Source: Verrucomicrobiia bacterium
GTDB lineage: Bacteria; Verrucomicrobiota; Verrucomicrobiia; Limisphaerales; Palsa-1400
Assembly (NCBI GenBank): GCA_036501665.1
Contig: DASXZW010000071.1
Coordinates: 59,763 to 123,762, forward strand
Direction: 5' to 3'
Length of the DNA: 64,000 nt
The notes under the pieces are model-generated. The model was not told the DNA's origin and did not search any database. It saw only the letters and a list, made by a program, of their open reading frames with translations. Below, in pieces: positions 44,113 through 53,392 of this stretch. Both the position numbers and the translations under genes were made by a program. Positions within the stretch are counted from its first letter, which is position 1. Each line of letters opens with the position of its first letter.

Positions 44113-45009
44113 TTAATTCCCGCCACAAAGCCCAAGATTCTTGACAACCTGCGATGTCGAACGCGCCTTGTTCAGCGTATAAAAATGAAGCCCTGGCACG
44201 CCGGACTTAAGCAGTTCTTCGCATTGCTTCGTTGCGTAATTGATCCCAAATTCCGCGCAAGCTTCGTCGTTATCGGCATGTTGTTCCAGGCTGGTGAGCA
44301 GGGTAGATGGCAATTGCGCGCCGCACAGCGCGGTGAAACGCTTGATCTGGTGCGCGCTGAGAATCGGAATGATCCCCGGACAAATCGGCACGGTGACGCC
44401 GCGTTTCGCCAAATGATCGCGGAAGCGAAAGAAATCGTTGTTGCTGAAAAATAGCTGCGTCAAAACGAAATCGGCGCCGCTATCAATTTTCGCCTTCAAC
44501 CGGTCCCAATCCACTTCGCGGCCTTCTTTGCAGGCGACATGGCCTTCGGGGAATCCGGCGGTGCCGATGCAAAATCCGCCCATTTCCTTGATGAATTTCA
44601 CCAGTTCATACGAAAACTCAAATCCGCCCTCGGTCTTCGTGAATTCGCCGTTGCCGCCGGGAGGATCACCGCGCAACGCCAGAATATTTTGAATCCCGCG
44701 CCGCCGCGCCTCCAACAGAACATCGCGCAACTCCGCCGAGGTCGCGTTAACGCATGTCAGATGGGACATCGCGGTCAAGCCGTGTTCGCGCTGGATTCGA
44801 TCGACGATTCCAAGCGTTTTTTCCCGGGTGCCGCCACCGGCTCCGTAAGTTACCGAGCAATAGTCCGGCTGCAATTCCTTCAGGGCCGGAATCGTTTTTT
44901 CCAGCAGAGTTCGGTCGCCTTCATCGGTCTTAGGCGGGAAAAACTCAAACGAGATCACCGGCCGCCGCGCGGCGGCTTTTTTGGCATGAATATCGCGAAT
45001 CAACTGCAT
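44113..45009 (-). CDS. metF: 5,10-methylenetetrahydrofolate reductase
   Basis: 298 aa. The segments VISFEFFPPKT, CSVTYGAGG, LTCV and ALRGDPP are classic MetF. Confidence 0.9.
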   Translation of the reverse strand: MQLIRDIHAKKAAARRPVISFEFFPPKTDEGDRTLLEKTIPALKELQPDYCSVTYGAGGGTREKTLGIVDRIQREHGLTAMSHLTCVNATSAELRDVLLEARRRGIQNILALRGDPPGGNGEFTKTEGGFEFSYELVKFIKEMGGFCIGTAGFPEGHVACKEGREVDWDRLKAKIDSGADFVLTQLFFSNNDFFRFRDHLAKRGVTVPICPGIIPILSAHQIKRFTALCGAQLPSTLLTSLEQHADNDEACAEFGINYATKQCEELLKSGVPGLHFYTLNKARSTSQVVKNLGLCGGN

Positions 45010-45125
45010 CCTCCCATTATCGGCAAGTACGCGCCGGACTCAAGAGCAACGTCGCGTAAACGTGCATCGCCGGCAGCCGAAAATTAACCTTCGTTACATC
45101 CGTTCAAGTGATGTAAAAGAGCGGT

Positions 45126-46124
45126 ATGCACTTACTCGCCCGATATATCAAACCGTCGCACTGCTTTCTGATTCCCGTCATTCTTGTCGCCTCGATTCCG
45201 TTGTTCGCTGACTCCGTGACGAATGCTCTGCCGACTGTTCTCCCCGGCAAGGGACTGGCGCAGCATGATTTTTTCTATGCTGGGGAGGGGAAAGCCGAGA
45301 AAATGTCCATCGTGCATGACGGAAAGATTGTGTGGACTTACACGCATCCCGGGCGTGGCGAAATTAGCGATGCGGTGTTGGAGGCGGGCGGCAAAATACT
45401 TTTTGCGCATCAGTTTGGCATCGCAGAAATCACGCTCGACGGCAAGGTGCTTTGGAATCTTGACGCCCCCGAGAAAACGGAAATCCACACCGCCCAGCCT
45501 TTTGGCGAGGACAGCGTCTGGTACATTCAAAATGGCGATCCGGCGAAGTTCGCTGTAATCTACAAGAGCACCGGCGCGATTGAGCATCAATTTGAATTGC
45601 CGGTGAAAAACCCCAAGAGCACGCACGGCCAATTCCGTCACGCGCGAATGACTGCGGCGGGAACGATCATGGTCGCGCACATGGATCTCGGAAAAGCTGT
45701 CGAATACAATTTGGAAGGGAAAGCGCTTTGGTCGGTCGATGTCCCGGGAATCTGGTCAGCCACGCCATTGGCAAATGGAAATATTCTGGCCGCGAGCAAT
45801 AAAAAGTTCGTCCGGGAAATCAATCGCGAAGGTCAAACCGTTTGGGAATGGACCGTCGCCGATGCCCCTGAATATGCTGTCAACAATCCACAACTCGCCG
45901 CGCGTTTGCCGAATGGAAACACGCTGATCAATAATTGGTTCAACCAATGGTCAAACAAACTGGACCCCGCGAACGAACCGGTCCAGGCCATCGAAGTTAC
46001 ACCGAACAAGAAAATCGTCTGGGCGCTGCGTTCGTGGGACGCGCCTGCCGATCTTGGCCCGTCAACAACGATACAGATTCTCGACGGCGCTGAAATGCCC
46101 GCGATTCCTCCGGGCCACAATTAG
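45126..46124 (+). CDS. Secreted beta-propeller repeat protein (PQQ-like/ASST-like repeats)
   Basis: 332 aa with an N-terminal signal. Blades repeat as 'G(K/Q)x(V/L)W' (DGKIVWTY, DGKVLWNL, EGKALWSV, EGQTVWEW, NKKIVWAL). Confidence 0.45.
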   Translation: MHLLARYIKPSHCFLIPVILVASIPLFADSVTNALPTVLPGKGLAQHDFFYAGEGKAEKMSIVHDGKIVWTYTHPGRGEISDAVLEAGGKILFAHQFGIAEITLDGKVLWNLDAPEKTEIHTAQPFGEDSVWYIQNGDPAKFAVIYKSTGAIEHQFELPVKNPKSTHGQFRHARMTAAGTIMVAHMDLGKAVEYNLEGKALWSVDVPGIWSATPLANGNILAASNKKFVREINREGQTVWEWTVADAPEYAVNNPQLAARLPNGNTLINNWFNQWSNKLDPANEPVQAIEVTPNKKIVWALRSWDAPADLGPSTTIQILDGAEMPAIPPGHN

Positions 46125-46133
46125 GCAAAGAAC

Positions 46134-47822
46134 ATGATGCGCTTTGTCCAGTTGATCATAATCGTTTCCGCGTTTCTCTTCGCGTTCGCTGGCTTTTCAC
46201 AATCCGCGAGCGACATCGCTTTTCCCGTAACGATTACTGTCGATGCCAGCCAGCGTCTCGGCGAGTTGACGCCGACGTGGAGATTTTTTGGCGCGGATGA
46301 GCCGAATTACGCCTACATGAAGGATGGCAAGAAATTGCTCTCCGAACTTGGCCAACTCGGCAAACCGCAGGTTTATTTTCGCGCGCACCATTTGTTGATA
46401 AGTGGCGACGGTTCGTTCGCGCTGAAATGGGGTTCCACCAGCGCATACAAGGAAGACGCCGAAGGCAAGCCAGTTTACGATTGGACGATCAACGACAAAA
46501 TATTTGACACCTATCTCGAACGCGGCATCAAGCCTTATGTCGAGATCGGTTTCATGCCCGAAGCGCTTTCAACGCATCCGCAGAATTACCCACACAATCC
46601 GCCGCAAAACCGACGCGCGCCCGTCGAGGGCGGCCAATCGTATCCGCCCAAGGATTACGCGAAGTGGGGCGAACTCGCGCATCAATGGGCCAAACATTGC
46701 GTCGAGAAGTACGGCAAAAGCGAAGTCGAGCAGTGGTATTGGGAGGTGTGGAACGAGCCGAATATTTCTTATTGGCACGGCTCGCGGGCGGATTATTTCA
46801 AGCTCTACGATTATGCCGTCGATGGCGTCAGACGCGCGTTGCCGACGGCCAGAGTTGGCGGCCCTGAAACTGCGGGCGGCGCAGGCGGCGGGTTTTTGCG
46901 CGATTTCCTCGAACATTGCTCGCGCGGCACGAACTTCGTTACGGGCAAAACCGGTTCGCCCCTGGATTTTGTTTCATTTCACGCGAAAGGTTCGCCCGAC
47001 TTCACGAATGGCCACGTCCGAATGGGAATGGCGAACCAATTCAAGGACATCAATGGCGCATTCACGATGATCGCGTCGTTTCCTGAATTTAAAAAATTGC
47101 CGGTCATCATCGGCGAATCCGACCCCGAAGGTTGCGCCGCTTGCCGGGAACCGCGCGACGCCTATCGCAACGGCACGATGTATTCCAGTTACACGGCGGC
47201 CAGTTTTTCCCACGAATACGAACTTGCGGCCTCATACGGTGTCAATCTGCAAGGCGCGCTGACCTGGGCCTTTGAATTTGAAAATCAACCTCCGTTCGCC
47301 GGTTTTCGGCAAGTCGCCAGCGCCGGTATTGATTTGCCGGTGCTGAATGTTTTCAGGATGTTTGGTAAAATGAGCGGCCAACGCCTCGCCGTGGAGAGTA
47401 GTTCAGGTTTGTCCGCGAAAACAATTTTTGCGTCGGGCGTGCGCGGCCATCCTGATGTCTCCGCGCTGGCGAGTCTCGGCGACCGCCAAGTTGCCGTGCT
47501 GGTCTGGCATTACCATGACGACGATGTGCCCGGTCCTGATGCGAGCGTGAACCTGTCGCTCAATCACATTCCTTTTTCCGACGGTAAGGCGACAGTGACG
47601 CGATATGTCATCGATGCCAATCACAGCAATTCCTATCAGGTCTGGCTGCGCATGGGATCGCCGCAAAACCTTTCCGACGAGCGACGCCTCGAACTGGAAA
47701 AAGCAGGGCAACTTGCGATGTTTGACAATCCGGAATCAATCCGCGTGGAGCAGGGGAAAGCGAGGTTAAAATTCATCTTGCCGCGACAGGCGGTGACGCT
47801 GCTTTTGTTTGCGTGGAATTAA
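46134..47822 (+). CDS. Glycoside hydrolase, GH39-like (clan GH-A)
   Basis: 562 aa with signal MMRFVQLIIIVSAFLFAFAGFSQSA. The acid/base block is WYWEVWNEPN. The candidate nucleophile is in VIIGESD. Confidence 0.6.
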   Translation: MMRFVQLIIIVSAFLFAFAGFSQSASDIAFPVTITVDASQRLGELTPTWRFFGADEPNYAYMKDGKKLLSELGQLGKPQVYFRAHHLLISGDGSFALKWGSTSAYKEDAEGKPVYDWTINDKIFDTYLERGIKPYVEIGFMPEALSTHPQNYPHNPPQNRRAPVEGGQSYPPKDYAKWGELAHQWAKHCVEKYGKSEVEQWYWEVWNEPNISYWHGSRADYFKLYDYAVDGVRRALPTARVGGPETAGGAGGGFLRDFLEHCSRGTNFVTGKTGSPLDFVSFHAKGSPDFTNGHVRMGMANQFKDINGAFTMIASFPEFKKLPVIIGESDPEGCAACREPRDAYRNGTMYSSYTAASFSHEYELAASYGVNLQGALTWAFEFENQPPFAGFRQVASAGIDLPVLNVFRMFGKMSGQRLAVESSSGLSAKTIFASGVRGHPDVSALASLGDRQVAVLVWHYHDDDVPGPDASVNLSLNHIPFSDGKATVTRYVIDANHSNSYQVWLRMGSPQNLSDERRLELEKAGQLAMFDNPESIRVEQGKARLKFILPRQAVTLLLFAWN

Positions 47823-47824
47823 CA

Positions 47825-48028
47825 ATGAAGACCGATACCCAAGTCCGAACTGAAGGAATGATGGCGTTGATGGACCGCCTTGGTCCGGCGGAAGCGACGC
47901 GGTTTATGACGCTTATCCAACGAGAAGGGTTCGATTACACCAAATGGCGGCAGGGACTATTTGAAGGAAAAAACGTGGACCAGTTAGCAGACCTCGCAGG
48001 CGGGGAAAAAGCACAAAGCCCTGATTGA
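47825..48028 (+). CDS. Hypothetical 67-aa protein
   Basis: ATG 47825 lies 2 nt after the GH39 stop. It encodes MKTDTQVRTEGMMALMDRLGPAEATRFMTLIQREGFDYTKWRQGLFEGKNVDQLADLAG…. The prediction is helical. I cannot name a family. Confidence 0.4.
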   Translation: MKTDTQVRTEGMMALMDRLGPAEATRFMTLIQREGFDYTKWRQGLFEGKNVDQLADLAGGEKAQSPD

Positions 48029-48087
48029 TCAAGCTTGTAGCTTTCTCTTAAATTGAATTGAGATATCCTAAAAATGATGTGGTAACA

Positions 48088-48981
48088 TCACAGCGGCAAC
48101 GTGCTGAACTCCACTTGCAGCGTGCTCGATTTACCCGCAGGCAAAGTCACCCGGTTATCCGCGACGTTCCCGGATTCCACACAGACCATACGCAAATATT
48201 CGTCATCGCCGAAGTCCGGCATCGCCTGCGCCTTTTCCACCCACGGGTTCCAAAGCACGGTGGACGACGAACCGGTTTTCTCGATTCGGATGCGGCGGCC
48301 GAGCTTTGAATCGTGAATCTCCACGGGCGACGACGTGTTCAAATAAATTCGGTCCGTCTCTCGCGAAATTTTTGCGTGTTCGACATGCTCAGTCCTTCGG
48401 GAGAAATTCTCCGTTTTATCGAGATACTCCGCGCCCTTCAGCCCAGTAATGGAAATGGCGCCGATGTCGCCCACGTGAAAATAAGTGTGAAGACAATTCT
48501 CAAACGTAAAATCCCGGTCCTGAGATTTATTTGTGACAGTCAGTTTTGCCGTCAATGTCTTCCCGACTGTGACAACGTAATCCGCCGTAAAATCCGGAAA
48601 GAGCGCGGCAGAAGGGGAGAAGGGCAAAGAAAGCTGGACCGAGACTTCTCCAGAGGCTGATTGCGAAAGTTTTTGCGCAACCCACGTTTGAGTGCGGGCG
48701 AAACCGTGCGCCGATTCGCCCTCGCGCGCGCCGAACCAGGGAAAAATAACCGGAATGCCGCCGCGAATGGGCGTCGCGTGCTTGAAACTACTCAGTTGGC
48801 TCAGGAACAACAGCGGAGGCTCGTTTTTGCGTTGAAAGTGAGTTACATGGGCGCCGTGCAAATAGATTTCGGCGTTGCTCCACGGCGTGCTGATTTCGAG
48901 GCGCGGCAATTCACCGTTGCCTTCCGAAAGCAGCACCCGACCGGGAATTTCATCGGACTTTTGCCATTGTGTCGTTGACAT
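48088..48981 (-). CDS. Aldose 1-epimerase family protein (glucose/hexose-6-phosphate 1-epimerase, YeaD-like)
   Basis: The ORF-track entry is 48088..49152, which would overlap the divergent nfo start. I prefer ATG 48981 (MSTTQWQK…); ATG 49008 is also possible. The motif IRGGIPVIFPWFG and the beta-sandwich sequence fit the family. Confidence 0.65.
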   Translation of the reverse strand: MSTTQWQKSDEIPGRVLLSEGNGELPRLEISTPWSNAEIYLHGAHVTHFQRKNEPPLLFLSQLSSFKHATPIRGGIPVIFPWFGAREGESAHGFARTQTWVAQKLSQSASGEVSVQLSLPFSPSAALFPDFTADYVVTVGKTLTAKLTVTNKSQDRDFTFENCLHTYFHVGDIGAISITGLKGAEYLDKTENFSRRTEHVEHAKISRETDRIYLNTSSPVEIHDSKLGRRIRIEKTGSSSTVLWNPWVEKAQAMPDFGDDEYLRMVCVESGNVADNRVTLPAGKSSTLQVEFSTLPL

Positions 48982-49126
48982 AGCGTTGGTTCCGTTGTCC
49001 ACCATCATAGTTGGACGCTGCGCTTGTAACAGCAAATTCGGGAAATCTTTCAAAGGACGCTGGAACTGAAAATGACGGCTTACTTTTTCCGATTGCGCCC
49101 GGCGACTTTTTGTCCAGCATTCCGCA

Positions 49127-49981
49127 ATGATTTTCGGCGCACATTGTTCCACGGCGGGAGGAGTCTATATGGCCTTGCGGCGCGCGGAACAAATTTCCGG
49201 CCAATCAGTCCAAATTTTCGTCAAGAATAACATGCAATGGTTCGGGCGACCGCATCCGGCTGGCGACATCGAGAAATTCATGGACGCGCGAGAACGAGGA
49301 GGTTTTTCGCCCATTTTTGGCCATGCCGGTTACTTGATTAATCTCGGAGCTGGGCCTTCGGACAATCGGACAAAATCAATCCAATCACTCATCCAGGAAC
49401 TCACGCTCGCATCAACACTTGAACTGCCATTTCTCGTATTGCATCCAGGAGCGCACCTCGGCGCGGGAGAAGAGGAAGGATTGCGCCAGATCGTTGCTGG
49501 TTTGGATGAAGTTTTTCGCGAAACCCAAAAATTAACCGTTCGCGTCGCGCTGGAAAATACGGCGGGGCAGGGAAGTTGCCTCGGAAACCAGTTCGAACAT
49601 CTGGCCGCTATTTTCGACGCGTCGCAATTCCCGGAGCGGCTTGCAGTTTGCATTGATACCGCTCATCTTTTCGCGGCGGGCTACGATATTCGCACTCAGA
49701 AAGGCTGGGATGCAACTGTCAAACAAATGGATTCCGTGTTTGGAAAAAAGCAAATCGTCGCATTTCATCTCAATGACTCCAAGACCGATCTCAATTCGCG
49801 TGTGGACCGTCACGAGCATATCGGCAAGGGGAAAATCGGCCTTGAAGCGTTCCGTCACATCGTCAACGACGCGCGATTTAAGAAAATTCCCGGCTGCCTG
49901 GAAACATTTAAGTCCGAAGACTTGCACGAAGACATCGAAAACCTGGCAATGTTACGTTCGCTGGTAAAAAAACCTTCGTAA
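49127..49981 (+). CDS. nfo: Endonuclease IV
   Basis: 284 aa. The segments FGAHCSTAGG, LVLHPGAH, LENTAGQG, CIDTAHLFAAGYD and FHLNDSK are characteristic. Confidence 0.9.
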   Translation: MIFGAHCSTAGGVYMALRRAEQISGQSVQIFVKNNMQWFGRPHPAGDIEKFMDARERGGFSPIFGHAGYLINLGAGPSDNRTKSIQSLIQELTLASTLELPFLVLHPGAHLGAGEEEGLRQIVAGLDEVFRETQKLTVRVALENTAGQGSCLGNQFEHLAAIFDASQFPERLAVCIDTAHLFAAGYDIRTQKGWDATVKQMDSVFGKKQIVAFHLNDSKTDLNSRVDRHEHIGKGKIGLEAFRHIVNDARFKKIPGCLETFKSEDLHEDIENLAMLRSLVKKPS

Positions 49982-49984
49982 ACG

Positions 49985-50620
49985 CTATTTCGTCAGCGCG
50001 ACGAAATTGCTCAGGAGCCGCAGCCCAATCGCCTGGCTTTTTTCCGGGTGAAACTGAGTCGCATAGACATTGTCACGCCAGACCGACGACACAAAAACCT
50101 CGCCATAGCTGGTCTCAGTTGCGGCGATGGAACGATCCGCCGGCTTCGGGAAAAAGCTGTGAACAAAATAGACGAAACTTCCGGGCGCGATTCCTTGAAA
50201 AATCGGGCATTCAGGCTGGACGATTTCAATGCGGTTCCACCCGATTTGCGGAATTTTCACGCCGCTGTTTTCCGAGAACCGCACCACCTTCCCCCCGAAA
50301 ATTCCCAAACCCGCCGCGCAACTGTTAAACTCCTCGCTTTTGTCAAACAAAGCTTGATAGCCCACGCAAATTCCGAGAAATGGCCGACCGCCCTTTATAA
50401 AATCCTTGATGCCGCCGAGCAATTCCTGCCTCTGCATCGCGTTGAGACAATCGTCAAACGCGCCGACGCCCGGCAGCACGACTGCTGCAGCGTCCTTCAT
50501 CTCTGAAGGAGTCTTGACCACGCGCACGTCCGCGCCGACTTTGAGCAACGCCTTTTGGACGCTGCGCAAATTCCCCGAACCATAATCCAGAAGCGCAATC
50601 ACAAGGCCGCAGGCTAACAT
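49985..50620 (-). CDS. hisH: Imidazole glycerol phosphate synthase glutamine amidotransferase subunit (HisH-type)
   Basis: The ORF-track entry is 49985..50656; I prefer ATG 50620 (MLACGLVIALLDYGSGNLRSV). Class I GATase motifs are PGVGAF, GICVGYQ (nucleophile Cys), HSF and FHPEKS. Confidence 0.8.
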   Translation of the reverse strand: MLACGLVIALLDYGSGNLRSVQKALLKVGADVRVVKTPSEMKDAAAVVLPGVGAFDDCLNAMQRQELLGGIKDFIKGGRPFLGICVGYQALFDKSEEFNSCAAGLGIFGGKVVRFSENSGVKIPQIGWNRIEIVQPECPIFQGIAPGSFVYFVHSFFPKPADRSIAATETSYGEVFVSSVWRDNVYATQFHPEKSQAIGLRLLSNFVALTK

Positions 50621-50723
50621 TGGAACGCTTCTGTTGCAAATTTCCGCGTCGATCATTTTGCGGGCGTTGCTCTATGTTTCGATTGAGTTGAGAGACTTTC
50701 CGCTTCAACTTGTTGGAGTCGTG

Positions 50724-53309
50724 ATGAAAAAGGCCCTCTGTATCAGCGTCGCCGCGGTCTGTTGGTTGCTCGCGGGATGCGCTGGCAGTCCAAACGTCAA
50801 CCTCCTGGTTCCCGGCCCCGGTTCATGGATTGTTTACCCGTCTCCGCCGCGAGTAACGCCTCTTGCGGGAACGCCGTTGACGACGGTTTTTCGCCGTGAG
50901 TTTGTGCTAGCGTCGCTCCTGTCCACGGCGACTTTGTCGTGGCGCTGTTTGAAGTCCGGCCAACTAAACGTGAATGGAACGATCGTAAACATTGCGTCGT
51001 CTCCTGACTGGACAACGAAAACGGATTTGGATGTCGTAAATTTTCTTCATCCGGGAACGAACTTCATCGTAGCGCAAGTTTCATGCACCAACGCGTTTCC
51101 TGCCTTGAGCCTCGCGCTGAAAATGGGGGATTTGCAAATTGCCTCCGACGAAACGTGGGAAAGTTCGATGGCGGGCGCGGTTTGGAAACCGGCGCAACTC
51201 GCCTTCAAAACAACGGAAGCTTCTCCCGGCAATCCCATCCACGGCGCAGAAAATTTCCCTGGCGCCTGGCGCAAATCATTTGGGTTAGTTGCCATATTAG
51301 CTGTCGTGGCGATTGCCGTCGTTGCTTTATTAAATCTACTTGCGGCTATGCGTCCGGCGCGGATTCATCTTGCAGTTGTTCTATTGACGGTCTCTTCACT
51401 GACGCTGTTGGTTTTTCACAATGCCAGGTTGCTGCCGGCGTGGTCGGGCTTTGACGCATCTGCGCATCTTGCCTACGTGCAATTCATTCAGGACCATGCG
51501 TCACTGCCTTCGGCCCGCCAGGGATGGGAAATGTTTCAAGCGCCACTTTATTATCTACTCAGCGCTGTGTTGCTTGGCGCGATGCATCTCAAGGCCATTG
51601 AGCCTTCGGCAACCTCGTTTTTTTGCGTGTTTAATTTTGCGCTGGGGTTGCTGGGATTGGTTTTGATTCTGGATGCTATGCGGATTTTATTTCCGAGCCG
51701 AAGGGGGACTCAAATCGTTGGCCTCCTTCTCGCGGCGTTTCTTCCCGCGCAAATTTATTTAATTCACTATCCGACAAATGAAATTCTTGGCGCTGTGACC
51801 ACAACTACTTCTCTCTGGTTATGTCTGCGAATATTAACCAGCGATAAGCCCGGCTTGGGACTTTATATCGGATTGAGCATTGCTCTGGGTGCATCGCTGT
51901 CAAGCAAGGCTTCAGCAATTGCCGTGCTTCCGGCGATATTTCTTGCGCTCGCGGGAAAAGCGGCATTGCGCCGCGATCCTGTTGTTGTCAGCGTCCGAAA
52001 TATCGCGCTGACGTTTGGTTTGTGCGGAATTTTCGGAGGCTGGCACTATACTCGGTTATGGCGGGAATTCGGCAGTCCTTTTGTGGGCAACTGGACCCCA
52101 TCCGTCGCCGGAGTTTGGTGGCAACAACCTGGTTTTCGAACGCCGGGATATTATTTGAACTTCGGGGAGTCTCTGGTTCGCCCGTATTTCAGCGGGTTCC
52201 ACAGTTTTTGGGACGGCCTCTATTCGACTTGGTGGGGAGACGGTTGTTTCGGCGGCGCAACCCGCCTGTATGGGCGGACGCCCTGGAATTACGATCTGGT
52301 CACAATTGGTTTTGTGCTGGCACTGGTTCCCTCGGTGCTGGTGCTCACCGGTTTTATTCTGGCATTGCACGAGGCGATACTGCTGAGGCGGTTGGAATGG
52401 ATATTATTGACTTCGGCGGCGCTCCTTATGGGTTTCGCGGTGTTAGTAATGAGCGTCAGGCTTCCGTACTACTCAGAGTCGCGGGCGATGTACGCGCTTC
52501 CTGCAATCCTACCTTTCTGCGCATTTGGTGCGCTTGGCATGGAATTCTACTCTACCTGCTTTCGCCAAATGCGGAATTTCCTTTCTGTTTGTCTAGGGAT
52601 TTGGATCCTTGTTGTTTACGCTTCGTTCTGGATCAGGCCAAATGCCGTTGAAACTCTCGTCTCTCGTGCCGTAGGCCTTCTTTCCGCAGCCCCGAAGGAA
52701 TCCGCCTCGGCATTCGAGAAAGTTCTCGAAATTGATCCGCGCAATCCGATTGCCGTCGATTCATTGGTGGAATTAGAAAAGGACACCATTGGAATCACAA
52801 ATGCCATCACGCGGCTGGAGACCGAAGCGCGCTCTGTCACTAACGAGATTGTATGGACAACATTGGCGCGGTACCTCGGTGAACAAGGCCGCGCCGAAGA
52901 AGCAGTCGATTGGCTGAGGCGGGCTTGCGAAGTTGCTCCAGATTATCCCGCCGCGCCGGCTCTTCTCTGTTTGCTCTCGTTAAGATCCAATCAAAACGAC
53001 GAGGCAGTCCGCGCGGGCCAACTGGCTCTTCGTGTCGCGCCACAGGATTACGAAGTTCAGTTTAATGTCGGTCTTGCTTTGGCTCGACAGAAGCGATTTC
53101 CAGATGCTGCCGCTTATTTCTCCAACGCGCTCGATTGCAATCCGCGGGGCGCCGATGCCCATTTCTGGCTCGGAATCACGCTCTGGAACTTTCCTCAAAG
53201 AAAAGTCGAAGCAATCGAACAAGTTGCGACAGCCGTCCAGCTTGCGCCGCAAAATCCGCACTGGAAATCGACTTTGGAGGAAATGCGAAGGGAAATCGTT
53301 CCTCGGTGA
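50724..53309 (+). CDS. GT39/PMT_2-like polytopic glycosyltransferase with N-terminal periplasmic domain and C-terminal TPR repeats
   Basis: The ORF-track entry is 50634..53309. ATG 50724 gives MKKALCISVAAVCWLLAGC, a lipobox-like signal. Next is a beta-rich domain of about 170 aa, then more than 10 TM segments with FDASAHLAYVQFI…MFQAPLYYLL (PMT_2-like loop). The C-terminal TPRs include EIDPRNP and NVGLALARQKRFPDAAAYFSNAL. Confidence 0.55.
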   Translation: MKKALCISVAAVCWLLAGCAGSPNVNLLVPGPGSWIVYPSPPRVTPLAGTPLTTVFRREFVLASLLSTATLSWRCLKSGQLNVNGTIVNIASSPDWTTKTDLDVVNFLHPGTNFIVAQVSCTNAFPALSLALKMGDLQIASDETWESSMAGAVWKPAQLAFKTTEASPGNPIHGAENFPGAWRKSFGLVAILAVVAIAVVALLNLLAAMRPARIHLAVVLLTVSSLTLLVFHNARLLPAWSGFDASAHLAYVQFIQDHASLPSARQGWEMFQAPLYYLLSAVLLGAMHLKAIEPSATSFFCVFNFALGLLGLVLILDAMRILFPSRRGTQIVGLLLAAFLPAQIYLIHYPTNEILGAVTTTTSLWLCLRILTSDKPGLGLYIGLSIALGASLSSKASAIAVLPAIFLALAGKAALRRDPVVVSVRNIALTFGLCGIFGGWHYTRLWREFGSPFVGNWTPSVAGVWWQQPGFRTPGYYLNFGESLVRPYFSGFHSFWDGLYSTWWGDGCFGGATRLYGRTPWNYDLVTIGFVLALVPSVLVLTGFILALHEAILLRRLEWILLTSAALLMGFAVLVMSVRLPYYSESRAMYALPAILPFCAFGALGMEFYSTCFRQMRNFLSVCLGIWILVVYASFWIRPNAVETLVSRAVGLLSAAPKESASAFEKVLEIDPRNPIAVDSLVELEKDTIGITNAITRLETEARSVTNEIVWTTLARYLGEQGRAEEAVDWLRRACEVAPDYPAAPALLCLLSLRSNQNDEAVRAGQLALRVAPQDYEVQFNVGLALARQKRFPDAAAYFSNALDCNPRGADAHFWLGITLWNFPQRKVEAIEQVATAVQLAPQNPHWKSTLEEMRREIVPR

Positions 53310-53392
53310 ACTTCCTCAAGACGCCAAACGAAGTGTTCTGAAACAATCAGCCGGACTTGACTGGGTTTGGAGGCCGCGCCTACGATTTGGCG

